Shown here: in pieces, positions 8,607 through 18,400 of the stretch
Layout of the letters: each line of letters begins with the position of its first letter
Numbering within the stretch: position 1 is the stretch's first letter
Translations under genes and position numbers: made by a program
The notes under the pieces: model-generated
Told to the model about the DNA's origin: nothing
Database searches by the model: none
The model's input: only the letters and a program-made list of their open reading frames with translations
NCBI RefSeq assembly: GCF_005696695.1
Contig: NZ_CP040006.1
Span: 330,001-362,000, forward strand
Length of the DNA stretch: 32,000 nt
Origin: Schaalia odontolytica
Lineage (GTDB): Bacteria > Actinomycetota > Actinomycetes > Actinomycetales > Actinomycetaceae
Direction of reading: 5' to 3'

Positions 8607-9884
8607 GTGTTTTTCCGAATGCTCCGCGGCGCCCTCACAAGACGCGGCAACCGCCACCTCATGATCGCCCTGACCGTCGCGCTGGGCGCCTGCGTCGCCA
8701 CGTCCATGCTCTCCGTCATGTTCAACGTCGGCGACAAGGTCAACCAGGAACTCAAGTCCTACGGCGCGAACATCGTGGTGCGCCCGCAGGGCGCGGCCGT
8801 CCTCGACGACCTCTATAGCACGGGCGAAGCCACCGAGGCGCGCTCCTACCTGCGCGAGGACGAGCTCGGCAACATCAAGACAATCTTCTGGACGTACAAC
8901 ATCCTCGACTTCGCGCCCCTGCTGAACGTGTCCGCCACCGACGCGTCCGGCGAGCACGTGCCCACGACCGGCACGTGGTTTGGCCACCACCTCGAGCTGG
9001 CCACCGGCGAGAGCGTCGAGACCGGCCTCGACAAGCTGCGCGGCTGGTGGGGCATCGAGGGCTCCTGGCCGGCGGACGACGACGAGGACGGCGTCCTCGT
9101 CGGCACCACCTACGCGGCCGCCCACGGCCTGACGGTCGGCGACACTGTCACCCTCACCCGCGAAGGCATCACCCGCGACTTCACGGTGCGCGGCATCCTC
9201 ACCAGCGGCGACGATGCCGACCGCGGCGTGTTCATTCAGCTTCCGCAGGCCCAGGCGCTCCTGAACCGCGAGGGCGTCGTCGGCAGCGTCGAGGTCTCCG
9301 CTCTGACCACGCCGGACAACGACCTGGCGCGCAAGGCGGCGAAGAACCCGAATTCGCTGAGCGTGTCCGAGAAGGAAACCTGGTACTGCACCGCCTACGT
9401 CTCCTCGATCGCCTTCCAGATCGAGGAAGTCATGACGGACTCTGTGGCCCGCCCGGTCCGCCAGGTCGCCCAGTCCGAAGGCGTCATCCTGGAAAAGACC
9501 CAGCTGCTCATGGTCCTCGTGACCGTCCTGGCGCTCATCGCCTCGGCCCTGGCCATTGCGAACCTGGTGACCGCAGGCGTCATGGAGCGTTCCAGCGAGA
9601 TCGGCCTCATGAAGGCCGTGGGGGCCAAGGACAAGCAGATCATCGCCCTGTTCCTGACCGAAACGGTCATCGTCGGCCTGGTCGGTGGCGTCCTCGGCTA
9701 CGGCGGAGGCCTCGCGCTGGCCCAGGCGATCGGCTACATGGTCTTCCACTCGTCGATCTCCTTCGTGCCCGTCGTCGTCGGCCTCGTCGCCGTCCTCGTC
9801 ATCCTCGTCGTCCTGGGAGCCTCCATCCCGGCGATCCGCTACCTGCTGCGCCTCAACGCGGCGGAAGTCCTGCACGGAAGGTGA
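8607..9884 (+). CDS. ABC transporter permease, FtsX/MacB-type (first of two)
   Basis: N-terminal TM helix, a large extracytoplasmic domain, then the FtsX-domain signature MERSSEIGLMKAVGAKDKQIIALFLTE followed by TM helices. GTG start at 8607. Confidence 0.85.
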   Translation: MFFRMLRGALTRRGNRHLMIALTVALGACVATSMLSVMFNVGDKVNQELKSYGANIVVRPQGAAVLDDLYSTGEATEARSYLREDELGNIKTIFWTYNILDFAPLLNVSATDASGEHVPTTGTWFGHHLELATGESVETGLDKLRGWWGIEGSWPADDDEDGVLVGTTYAAAHGLTVGDTVTLTREGITRDFTVRGILTSGDDADRGVFIQLPQAQALLNREGVVGSVEVSALTTPDNDLARKAAKNPNSLSVSEKETWYCTAYVSSIAFQIEEVMTDSVARPVRQVAQSEGVILEKTQLLMVLVTVLALIASALAIANLVTAGVMERSSEIGLMKAVGAKDKQIIALFLTETVIVGLVGGVLGYGGGLALAQAIGYMVFHSSISFVPVVVGLVAVLVILVVLGASIPAIRYLLRLNAAEVLHGR

Positions 9885-11077
9885 TGCCCATGTCCAGACG
9901 AGCAATGTTCTGGCGGATGGTCACCTCCTCCATCCTGCGCCGCCGCTCCCGCGTCCTCATCGCGATCCTCGCCGTCGCCATCGGCGCGACCACACTGTCC
10001 GGCCTCGTCACGATCGCCGTCGACGTGCCGGCCCAGCTGGCCCGCGAGATCCGCTCCTACGGTGCCAACCTCGTCGTCACCCCCGCCGGGGACGTGCCCA
10101 TCACGGACGAGGCCGTGGCCGCCGCAACCGCCCAGGTGCCCGCAAGCGCTCTGGTCGGATCCGCGGCCTTTGACTACGAGACCGTCACCATCAACGACCA
10201 GCCCTACGTGGCGGGCGGCGCCGACCTGGAGGCCGTGCACGCCATGAACCCGTACTGGTTCGTGGACGGTGAGTGGCCCGCTGCGACGGGCCAGGTGCTC
10301 GTGGGCGAGCAGGTCGCCTCGACGATCGACGTGAAGGCGGGGGACACGATCACGGTGAGCCAGCTGGACGCCGGCGCCTCCTCGAAGGGTGCGCAGGTGC
10401 AGTCCGGCGCCCCGGCCTCGGGCCTGAAGGTCGATCCGCGCACCGTCACCCTGACCGTGTCCGGCATCCTCAAGACCGGCGGTAACGAAGACGGCTACGT
10501 GTACATGTCCAGCCAGGACATGAGCGCCCTGACCGGGCAGAGCGGCACCGTGTCGCTCGCCGAATACTCGATCGCACTGGAGGGTGATCAGCTCAGCGCC
10601 ATCGCCGACGCGATGAACGCCGCGAACCCCGACATTCACGCTCAGACCGTGCGCCGCCTCGCCCAGTCCGACACGGGTGTCCTCGCGATGCTGCGCTCCC
10701 TCCTCGTCGTCATCACCGTCATCGTGCTGGCGCTGACCATGATCGGCGTGTCCACCACGATGATCGCCGTCGTCACCGAGCGCCGCAACGAGATCGGCCT
10801 GCGCAAGGCCCTGGGCGCCACCTCCCGATCCATCACCCGCGAGTTCATGGGTGAGGGCGTCATGCTCGGCCTCATCGGCGGAATCCTGGGGGCCGGGGCA
10901 GGCTACGGCCTCGCCGTCCTCATCTCCACCTCCGTGTTCCACCGCTCTATCTCGCTGCACCCCGTCATCCTCCTCGGCACGGTCGCCTGCTCGATCCTCA
11001 TCGCCGTCCTCGCCTGCCTCCCGCCCGTGCGCCGCGCACTGGCCGTCGACCCCGCGCTCGTCCTGCGCGGAGAATGA
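9884..11077 (+). CDS. ABC transporter permease, FtsX/MacB-type (second of two)
   Basis: TERRNEIGLRKALGATSRSITREFMGE plus terminal TM helices. The track ORF starts at 8975 in a frame that overlaps the previous gene. A realistic start is ATG 9884 (overlapping the upstream TGA), or GTG 9881 or ATG 9890 after GGAAGG. Confidence 0.85.
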   Translation: MPMSRRAMFWRMVTSSILRRRSRVLIAILAVAIGATTLSGLVTIAVDVPAQLAREIRSYGANLVVTPAGDVPITDEAVAAATAQVPASALVGSAAFDYETVTINDQPYVAGGADLEAVHAMNPYWFVDGEWPAATGQVLVGEQVASTIDVKAGDTITVSQLDAGASSKGAQVQSGAPASGLKVDPRTVTLTVSGILKTGGNEDGYVYMSSQDMSALTGQSGTVSLAEYSIALEGDQLSAIADAMNAANPDIHAQTVRRLAQSDTGVLAMLRSLLVVITVIVLALTMIGVSTTMIAVVTERRNEIGLRKALGATSRSITREFMGEGVMLGLIGGILGAGAGYGLAVLISTSVFHRSISLHPVILLGTVACSILIAVLACLPPVRRALAVDPALVLRGE

Positions 11078-11871
11078 GAGTCACCATGACCACCTCCACT
11101 GCCACCCCGGCCTCGTCGGCCTCCACCGACGCGCTGCTGAGCCTCGAGGGCGTCTCCAAGATCTACGGGGACCTGCACGCCCTCGACAACGTGTCCCTCG
11201 AGATCCCGCGCGGCCAGTGGGTCTCAATCGTCGGACCCTCCGGCTCCGGCAAGACCACGCTGATGAACATCGTCGGTGCCATGGACACCGCCACGAAGGG
11301 CACCGTCATGCTGGACGGCCACGACATCTCCGACCTGACCGCCGACGAGCTCACCGAGGTGCGCTGCCGCACCATCGGCCTCGTCTTCCAGCAGTTCCAC
11401 CTCATCGGCCACCTGACGGCCCTCGAGAACGTCATGGTCGCCCAGTACTACCACTCGATGCCCGACGAGAAGGAGGCCCTCGAGGCCCTGGACCGCGTCG
11501 GCCTGGCCGACCGCGCCACCCACCTGCCGCGCCAGCTCTCCGGCGGCGAACAGCAGCGCGTGTGCGTGGCCCGCGCCCTCATCAACTACCCCAAGCTGCT
11601 GCTGGCCGACGAGCCCACCGGCAACCTGGACGAAACCAACGAGGAAATCGTCCTCGACCTGTTCAACCAGCTCCACCAGGACGGCACGACCCTCATGGTC
11701 GTCACCCACGACGCGCTCGTCGCCGAACAGGGCCAGCGCGAAATCCGACTTGACCACGGCAAGGTCGTCAAAGAAACCTGGCACGACCACGACTTCGAAC
11801 AGCGCGCCTCCGGCCTGGTTCTGCCCGGCCGCGACGGCGACGCACGCAGCGGAAAGGACAAGGTGCGATGA
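11074..11871 (+). CDS. ABC transporter ATP-binding protein (MacB/LolD-like)
   Basis: Walker A GPSGSGKTT, signature LSGGEQQRV, Walker B LLLADEPTGNLD and H-loop VVTHD. ATGA overlaps the upstream stop. An alternative start is ATG 11086. Confidence 0.93.
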   Translation: MRVTMTTSTATPASSASTDALLSLEGVSKIYGDLHALDNVSLEIPRGQWVSIVGPSGSGKTTLMNIVGAMDTATKGTVMLDGHDISDLTADELTEVRCRTIGLVFQQFHLIGHLTALENVMVAQYYHSMPDEKEALEALDRVGLADRATHLPRQLSGGEQQRVCVARALINYPKLLLADEPTGNLDETNEEIVLDLFNQLHQDGTTLMVVTHDALVAEQGQREIRLDHGKVVKETWHDHDFEQRASGLVLPGRDGDARSGKDKVR

Positions 11872-12443
11872 CCACGCCCACCACCCCCGATACCCGATCC
11901 CGCTGGGTCGCCCCGGCCTCGTACGCGGTCCTCGGCGCCCTCGGCGCGACGATCCTGGCCGCGTGCACGCCCTCCACCGGCCTGGACATGACCAAGCCCA
12001 TGAGCGACGGCACCTGGACCGCCCAGTCCAACGCCGACGACCAGGGCTCCATCGGCACCATCACCATCACGGTTGAGGGCGGGCGCATCACCGCCACCTC
12101 CTACGAGACGACGCTTGCCGACGGCACCGACAAGGGCGCCGAGTACGGCAAGAACTCCGCGGGCGAAGTCTTCAACGAGGACTACTACAAGAAGGCGCAG
12201 GCCGCCGTCGCCTCCTACCAGGAGTACTCCGACAACCTCACCAAGGTCGGCGACCCCGCCAAGGTCGACGTCATCACCGGCGCCACCGTCGCCCACCAGC
12301 AGTTCGTGCAGGCCGCCATCCGCGCCATCGCCGCGGCCCAGGGTGTCTCCCCGGACGGCGCCGACGACATCAATATCCCCGGCCTGAAAGACGCCACCAA
12401 GGACGGCGACCTCGACAAGGACCTCGGAGGCTCCGACGGCTGA
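11868..12443 (+). CDS. FMN_bind-domain lipoprotein (predicted flavinylation substrate)
   Basis: Lipobox ILAAC in the N-terminal signal. Flavinylation-type motif DVITGATVAH, which fits the [S/T]GAT pattern of NqrC/RnfG/PplA-type FMN_bind domains. ATGA overlaps the ATPase stop. Confidence 0.8.
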   Translation: MTTPTTPDTRSRWVAPASYAVLGALGATILAACTPSTGLDMTKPMSDGTWTAQSNADDQGSIGTITITVEGGRITATSYETTLADGTDKGAEYGKNSAGEVFNEDYYKKAQAAVASYQEYSDNLTKVGDPAKVDVITGATVAHQQFVQAAIRAIAAAQGVSPDGADDINIPGLKDATKDGDLDKDLGGSDG

Positions 12444-12465
12444 GCCCGCGCGCTGTGCTGGCTCT

Positions 12466-13647
12466 GTGGGCGGCCCGGGGGACGAGGCCGTGGCCGGGTC
12501 TCCGGGGGTAGCGCCCACGTGGCGTTCGTCCTTCCCCGCGATGGGGACCCGCGTCGACATCATCGGCTGGGGCGGGGACGGCATGGCGATCGTCAACGCT
12601 GTTGTGGGTGTCGTCGCGCGCCACGAGGACACGTGGAGCGTATTCCGGCCTTCCTCCGAGGTGTCGCGGCTCAATGATGTAGTCGCTTCGACTGGGGGCG
12701 GCGGTGGTGTGTCCCGTTGTGGGGCCGATTCCGCGGTGGCTGGCCCCGGCCTCGTCGTCAGCGAAGAAACCGACCGGCTGCTGCGTGACGCGCTCGCGCT
12801 CGCGGAGGCGACCGGGGGAGCGTTCAACCCGCTGATCGGGCCGCTCGTTGCCGCCTGGGACGTCAAAGCGATGCGGGCCGCGTACGTCGCGGGTGCGCCC
12901 TTGCCGCCCGCGCCGTCTGAGCGCGTTGTGGAGGCGGCGTTGCGGGCGTCGTCGTGGGGCTTGCTGTCGCGCGTTGGCGAGCGGCGGTGGGCGATGGGTA
13001 CCCCTGCTGAGTGCGTGGGTGGTGTGGATGTTCCCAGCCCGAGCCTCGACCTGGGCGGCATCGCGAAGGGATACACCGCCGACGCGTGCCGCGACTTGGC
13101 AGTGGCCATGGGGGCGCGTGGCGTGTTGGTGTCGGTGGGGACCTCGTCGGTGTCGGTGTATGGGACTCGCGCCGACGGTTCGTCGTGGCGCGCGGGCCTG
13201 CGAGACCCTCATGGTGGGCCCACGTCGGTCGCTGGCGTCGTGGAGCTGCCTGCGGGCGGCATGGCGTCCCTGTCGACGTCCGGGGATAACCTGGGGCCGC
13301 TGGGTGGGGTTCGCGGTGTCGGTGCGGGGCGTGCGTCGGGGCCTCTGGTGGGGCCTGCGGCTGGTTCTGTGGAAGATCGTCGCGCGCGTGAAACATGGCG
13401 TGAAACAGCTGCGGGTGGCGGTCGGATTTTCGACCACCACATCATCGACCCACGCACGGGATACCCCGCGAGTGCGGGCGTTCGACAAGTCAGCATCGTG
13501 GCCTCGTCGGGTGTACTGGCGGAGGCCCTGTCGACGGCGCTGCTCGTCGATCCGTCCATCGATGTTTCGGACGTCGCTGCCCGCTGGGCCCGCGTGACGG
13601 GTGCCCCGGCCTCGGCGAAGGTTGTGGGCCTGGTGCGTGCGGGGTGA
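12466..13647 (+). CDS. apbE: FAD:protein FMN transferase (ApbE family)
   Basis: ApbE motifs FPAMGT, FNPLIGPLVAAWD, LDLGGIAKGYTAD and HHIIDPRTGYP. The only in-frame start upstream of the conserved FPAMGT block is GTG 12466. No signal peptide is evident. Confidence 0.85.
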   Translation: MGGPGDEAVAGSPGVAPTWRSSFPAMGTRVDIIGWGGDGMAIVNAVVGVVARHEDTWSVFRPSSEVSRLNDVVASTGGGGGVSRCGADSAVAGPGLVVSEETDRLLRDALALAEATGGAFNPLIGPLVAAWDVKAMRAAYVAGAPLPPAPSERVVEAALRASSWGLLSRVGERRWAMGTPAECVGGVDVPSPSLDLGGIAKGYTADACRDLAVAMGARGVLVSVGTSSVSVYGTRADGSSWRAGLRDPHGGPTSVAGVVELPAGGMASLSTSGDNLGPLGGVRGVGAGRASGPLVGPAAGSVEDRRARETWRETAAGGGRIFDHHIIDPRTGYPASAGVRQVSIVASSGVLAEALSTALLVDPSIDVSDVAARWARVTGAPASAKVVGLVRAG

Positions 13648-13714
13648 TGAACGAGCAGTTGATACGTGGATGGGCCTGGGATGGGAAATGCTTGGTGCAA
13701 GGGTCAACCTGATC

Positions 13715-13802
13715 GGGAACATTCAACCTGATCGGGAAGATTCAACCCGATCAGAAGAGGTTGAACCTTACCGATCGGGTGTAACGCCTCATCGGTAACA
13801 AG
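13715..13802 (+). repeat. left copy of an ~88-nt direct repeat flanking the endonuclease cassette
   Basis: Contains 18-nt tandem units (tcaacctgatcgggaaNat) followed by two hairpins (ttcaacc...ggttgaa; ttaccgat...atcggtaa). About 4 mismatches to the copy at 15064-15151. One extra 18-nt unit lies at 13704-13721. Confidence 0.9.
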
Positions 13803-13885
13803 GGAATACCTGGGCAGGTGTTGTTGTTGGCCACCATTGTTAGGGGGCTGGGGGGCTTTTATCCACAGACCTTCGTTCGTGTCGT

Positions 13886-15064
13886 ATGTTTTCCACAGGG
13901 GCAGCCGTTCTAGGTGAGGTACTTTCGTCGTGCTGCGATCATCCACATATGAGTGACAATCAGCTGACCGTTATTCGTTCATCGTCGGGCTGTCGAATTC
14001 CTCGCGATATGCAAGATACATGCGTGTATCTACACATCATGAAGGGGTGCTACGTACGCGTCGACGATGCTCAATTCCTGAGTTCGCGATGGGCTGTCTG
14101 GGAAGCCGTGTCACGAGCACGACTGTTGGCTGTGCAGCATGCGGGGAGTGAAGATCGTGTCTTCATCGGAGCCAGTGCGCTCGTTGCTCGAGGTATTCCG
14201 TTGTGGGAAGCGAACCCCGATGTTTGCGTCTGGGCTCCTTCGCGGCGTGGGCACAAATCGCTGCGCGCAGTCCAAGCGGAGGCTGTTCGGGTGCCTGCCG
14301 TCTCGGTCCGGTGGAGCGTCGTGCCACCCAATGCGCCGGAGCTTGAGCAAGTAGAGGGCATCACCGTCGAAGGAATCGTTGATGCTGGAGTGCGCATGGC
14401 TCTCTTCTCTGAACACTTAAGTGCCTTCGTGGCGCTCTGTATGCTGCTCAATCGGCAGTCGCAATTTTCAGTGTTTACGCAGGACGTGGACCGGCAACGT
14501 TCGGATTCTCTGCGGGAAAACATGCTGGCAAGGCTCGAAGAACGTGCGACAGACAAAGAAACTATCCCCTTCCGGAGAGCTAAACGCCTGATAGCCGCCG
14601 CTGACCCGGGCTGCGAGAACCCTGCTGAGGCCGCTCTTCTGTGGGTGGTGAAGTCGGTGAGCGCGTTCGAGGTCGTGACCCAGTTTGAGATCGTCGTCAA
14701 CGGGAGGCGTTATTTTGCGGACATCGCTATTCCGGGACTCATGATCATCTTCGAGTTCGATGGGATTGGAAAGCTTGGAAAGAACGAAGCCGACTTCGCT
14801 CGGGCGAAGCGTGACTGGATCCAGCGCGAAAACGACTTGCGTAGTGCCGGCTGGACCATCTATCGATTCTCGTGGCCAGATTATGAGGATCTGGCGCAAC
14901 TGAGGTCCTTGGTAAGTGAGCTGTTGGGGCCTTTCCAATCCGTGATCCCATCCTCGGCTCAGGGCCTGTGGGCGAAACCCTCGCCGGCGTGTGATGGACC
15001 GGAGCGTCGGTTCCATATGGCTGCCAATCGTTGGGGAACCGCGCGAGAGGATTACACCCGTTAG
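13886..15064 (+). CDS. DUF559/Vsr-like (PD-(D/E)xK fold) endonuclease-domain protein
   Basis: The C-terminal block ENPAEAALLW...YFADIAIPGLMIIFEFDGIGKLGKNEADFARAKRDWIQRENDLRSAGWTIYRFSW matches the pattern of actinobacterial DUF559-type proteins. Visibly AT-richer than its neighbours. An alternative start is ATG 13949 (MSDNQL...). Neither start has a clear RBS. Confidence 0.7.
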   Translation: MFSTGAAVLGEVLSSCCDHPHMSDNQLTVIRSSSGCRIPRDMQDTCVYLHIMKGCYVRVDDAQFLSSRWAVWEAVSRARLLAVQHAGSEDRVFIGASALVARGIPLWEANPDVCVWAPSRRGHKSLRAVQAEAVRVPAVSVRWSVVPPNAPELEQVEGITVEGIVDAGVRMALFSEHLSAFVALCMLLNRQSQFSVFTQDVDRQRSDSLRENMLARLEERATDKETIPFRRAKRLIAAADPGCENPAEAALLWVVKSVSAFEVVTQFEIVVNGRRYFADIAIPGLMIIFEFDGIGKLGKNEADFARAKRDWIQRENDLRSAGWTIYRFSWPDYEDLAQLRSLVSELLGPFQSVIPSSAQGLWAKPSPACDGPERRFHMAANRWGTAREDYTR

Positions 15065-15151
15065 GGAAGATTCAACCTGATCGGGAACATTCAACCTGAT
15101 CAGAAGAGGTTGAACCTTACCGATCGGGTGTAACACCTCATCGGTAACAAG
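15064..15151 (+). repeat. right copy of the ~88-nt direct repeat
   Basis: Begins at the last base of the cassette gene's stop codon (TAG 15062-15064). See the left copy. Confidence 0.9.
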
Positions 15152-15455
15152 CGAATGCGTGGACGCAATCACGAACGGATGCCGCTGCGGGGCGAAGCAC
15201 CGAAACATGCGCCAGTGCATCAGGCCCCACAGATGTGAAGGGTGCCGGTGGGGCCTGGTTGCGGTGCCGGTGGGCGGTGGCGGGGCCTGGCCGGGCTTCG
15301 AGGCGACGCGCCGAGCGGAGCTCGCGGCGCGGACGGCTCGCGGGCGGGCCGCCGCCCACCGGCACACAAAGCAGCCCGGCCCCACAGCAAGGTACGACGG
15401 TGCCCCGAACAGGAGCAGTGCCCAGAGTACCCGCGGAGCGCCGCAGCAACGCCAA

Positions 15456-18400
15456 TCAGTCAGCGTGCCCCGCAAGCAGCGTCGCCAGGTGGACGCCCCC
15501 GCGGCCCGCCAGCTGCGCGGCCTGGGTGCGGCACGAGAAGCCGTCCGCCAGATACACGGCGTCCGGCTTCGCCGACAGGGACGGCAGCAGCGAATGGGAT
15601 GCGACGGCCACAGACAGGTCGTAGTGGCCCGCCTCCATGCCGAAATTCCCGGCCAGGCCACAGCAACCCTCGAGCCGGGTCACACGCGCGCCCAGCGACT
15701 CGAGCAGCGCCTGGTCCACGTCCCACCCCATGACGGAGTAGTGATGGCAGTGCGGCTGCGCGACGATCTCGACGCCCTCCAGGCTCGGCAGGCGACGCTC
15801 GGATGCGGGCACCGCAGACAGCACCTCGGCGAGGGTGCGCGTCGCGGAAGATACGAGCACCGAGCGCGGGTCTTCGGGCAGCAGATCCAGCAGGTCGTCG
15901 CGCAGCACCGCCGTGCACGACGGCTCGACGCCGACGATCGGGATCCCCGACGCCGCGAAAGGCGCAAGAACCCCCAGCAACGACGCCAAGTGCTTCTTCG
16001 CACCCGTCAGCTGACCCGTCGTAATCCACGTGAGGCCGCAGCATGCGTCCGGCGCAACGATCGGCGCGAACCCGTTCGCCTCGAGCACGTCGACGACCGC
16101 GCGCGCACCCGCATCGTCCAGGGTCTGGCTAAACGAGTCCGCCCACACGAGCGCGTACGGCCGCCCGCTGGGGTCGCGCGGCCCGCTCAGGATCGGGGAG
16201 TTCGACGTCGACGAGGCGGTGGCCCCCTCGCGCTCGCGGGTATCGGATACGGCATCCGACGAAGCCGACGCAGGAACGCTGTCCGCCAACAGGGAGCGGC
16301 GGCGAGCCCACGTGGTGAAGGTGCCGGACTGGAGGGCGGGCATGCCTCGTCGAGGATCGAGGCCGATGACGCGGAACGCGAGCGAGCGCAGGGGAGCGAC
16401 CGACATGACGGCGTTCGCGATGCTTGCCAGGCCGGGCACGCGCGCGGTGACGCGGGTGAGGCGAGGCAGCCAGCCAAGCGTGTAGTGGCTGAGGGGGCGC
16501 ATGCGGCCCCGGTAGGTGCGGAACAGCGCTTCGGAGCGGTAGCGGGCCATGTCGACGCCGGCGGGGCAGTCGGCGGAGCAGGCCTTGCAGGCGAGGCACA
16601 GGTCGAGGGCCTCGAGGACCTCGGGGGAGTCGATGGCCTTCACGAGCTGCGAGTTCGCCGCCTCCTGGAGGATGCGGGCCCGCCCGCGGGTCACGTCCTT
16701 TTCCTCGCGCGTGGCCAGGTAGGACGGGCACATGAACGTGCCGGACACTCCCGCGCGGCACTTGCCGACGCCGGTGCAGCGGTGGACGGCGGCCGTGAAG
16801 TCGCCGCCGTCGTGGGTGAAGGCGAAGCCGCCGTCCGCGGGCATGGGGCGCGCGGCGACGCGGCGCAGGCCAAAGTCGAGGGGGTCGACGCCGGGCTGGA
16901 GCTCGAGGGCCCCGCCGGCATTCCGCGCCCGCGCGCGGGAGGCGGCCTCGGCCTCGTCCATGGGGGCGGCGAGCACCCCGGGGTTGAGGAGGTTGTCCGG
17001 GTCGAAGACGTGCTTGACGCGGGCGAACAGGTCGAGCATCTCGGGGGAGTACATGAAGCGCAGGAGCTCGCCGCGGGCGCGCCCGTCGCCGTGCTCGCCG
17101 GAGACGGAGCCGCCGTGGGCGGCGCAGATGCGGGCCGCGGACTGCAGGAAGGCGCGCGAGTGGGCGACGCCCTCCGGGGTGTCGAGCGGCATGGCGAGGC
17201 GCACGTGCACGCAGCCGTCGCCGAAGTGCCCGTACAGGAGCCCGTCGATGTCGAACTCCTCCATGAGGGCGGTGAAGTCGCGCAGGTACGCGCCGAGGTT
17301 TTCGGGCGGGACCGCCGCGTCCTCGAAACCGGGCCAGGCCTGCTGGTCGCCGCCGCCAGCGCCGTCGGGCGGGGTGCGTCCGCCCAGGCCCGCACCGTCG
17401 GCGCGGATCCTCCACAGGGCCGAGGCCTGTGCCCCCGGCGGGTACACGACCGTGTCGATGGCGGCCGAGTCGGTGCACAGGGCGCGTGCGCGCTCCAGGG
17501 AGGCGGTGACGTCTTCGCCGGGGGCGCCGACTTCGACGAGGAGCCAGCCTTCGCCTTCGGGCAGGGCGGGGACGGCGCCGGGGCCCTTGTGGGCGCGCAC
17601 GACGTCGACGAGGCGACGGTCCATGCCCTCCACGGCGAGGGGGGAGTGGGCGAGCAGTGCGGGTACGTCGTCGGCGGCCTCGATCATGGAGCGGTAGCCC
17701 AGGGCGGCGAGCACGGGCGCGTCGGGCAGGGGTACGAGGCGCACGGTGATGGACAGGATGAGGACGAGGGTGCCCTCGGTGCCCGTGAGCATGGCGGCGA
17801 GGTTGCGCCCGCCCTCGGGGGTGAGGTGCTCGAGGGAATAGCCGGAGACTTGGCGCTTGAAGCGGCCGAGTTCGGTTCGGATGGGCGCCAGGTTGGAGTC
17901 GATGAGGGAGGCGAGTCCCGGCACGTCGCTGAGGGCTGCGTCGTGGTCGGTCGTGGCCGTGAAGCGCCGCCCCTGCCCGTCCACGCAGTCGAGGGAGACG
18001 ATGTTGTCGGAGGTGCGCCCCCAGGCGGTCGCGTGCGGGCCGCACGCGTTGTTGGCAACCATGCCGGCGATCGTCGCGCGGTTCTGGGAGGAGGGGTCGG
18101 GGCCGAAGCGTAGGCCGTGCTTCGCGGCCGCGGCCTGGAGGGTGGAGCCGACGCAGCCGGGCTCAACGGTGGCGGTGCGGGCCTCGGGGTCGATGGAGAT
18201 GACGCGGTTCATGTGCCGCGAGAAGTCGAGGACGAGGCCGGGGCCGATCGCGTTGGACGCGCACGAGGTGCCACCGCCTCGGGCGGTGAGGGGGACGCCG
18301 TGGGCGCGGGCGAGGTCGAAGGCTGCGATCGCCTGCTCGGGCGTGCGCGGGAATGCGACGGCTAGGGGCGGGATGCGCGTGAGGCCGGCGTCGGAGGAGT

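Noticed and set aside
8975-9883. N-terminal 303-codon extension of the second permease ORF (8975..11077)
   Set aside because: It is an Arg/Pro/Gly-rich alternate frame lying entirely over the first permease gene. A permease-like N-terminus (MSRRAMFWRMV...) begins at 9884-9890.
13859-13897. Two DnaA-box-like 9-mers (TTATCCACA at 13859-13867, TTTTCCACA at 13889-13897) as a possible origin or DnaA-regulated site
   Set aside because: There are only two boxes, no AT-rich unwinding element, no dnaA/dnaN context, and single 9-mer matches are expected by chance in 32 kb. They may still modulate the cassette gene, but the evidence is too thin.
15160-15455. GC-rich 300-bp spacer with short direct repeats (gtgccggtggg twice, ggggcctgg twice) downstream of the oxidoreductase
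   Set aside because: No convincing hairpin with a U-tract, no ORF with sensible composition, and no similarity to the other repeat families. It is left uncalled.
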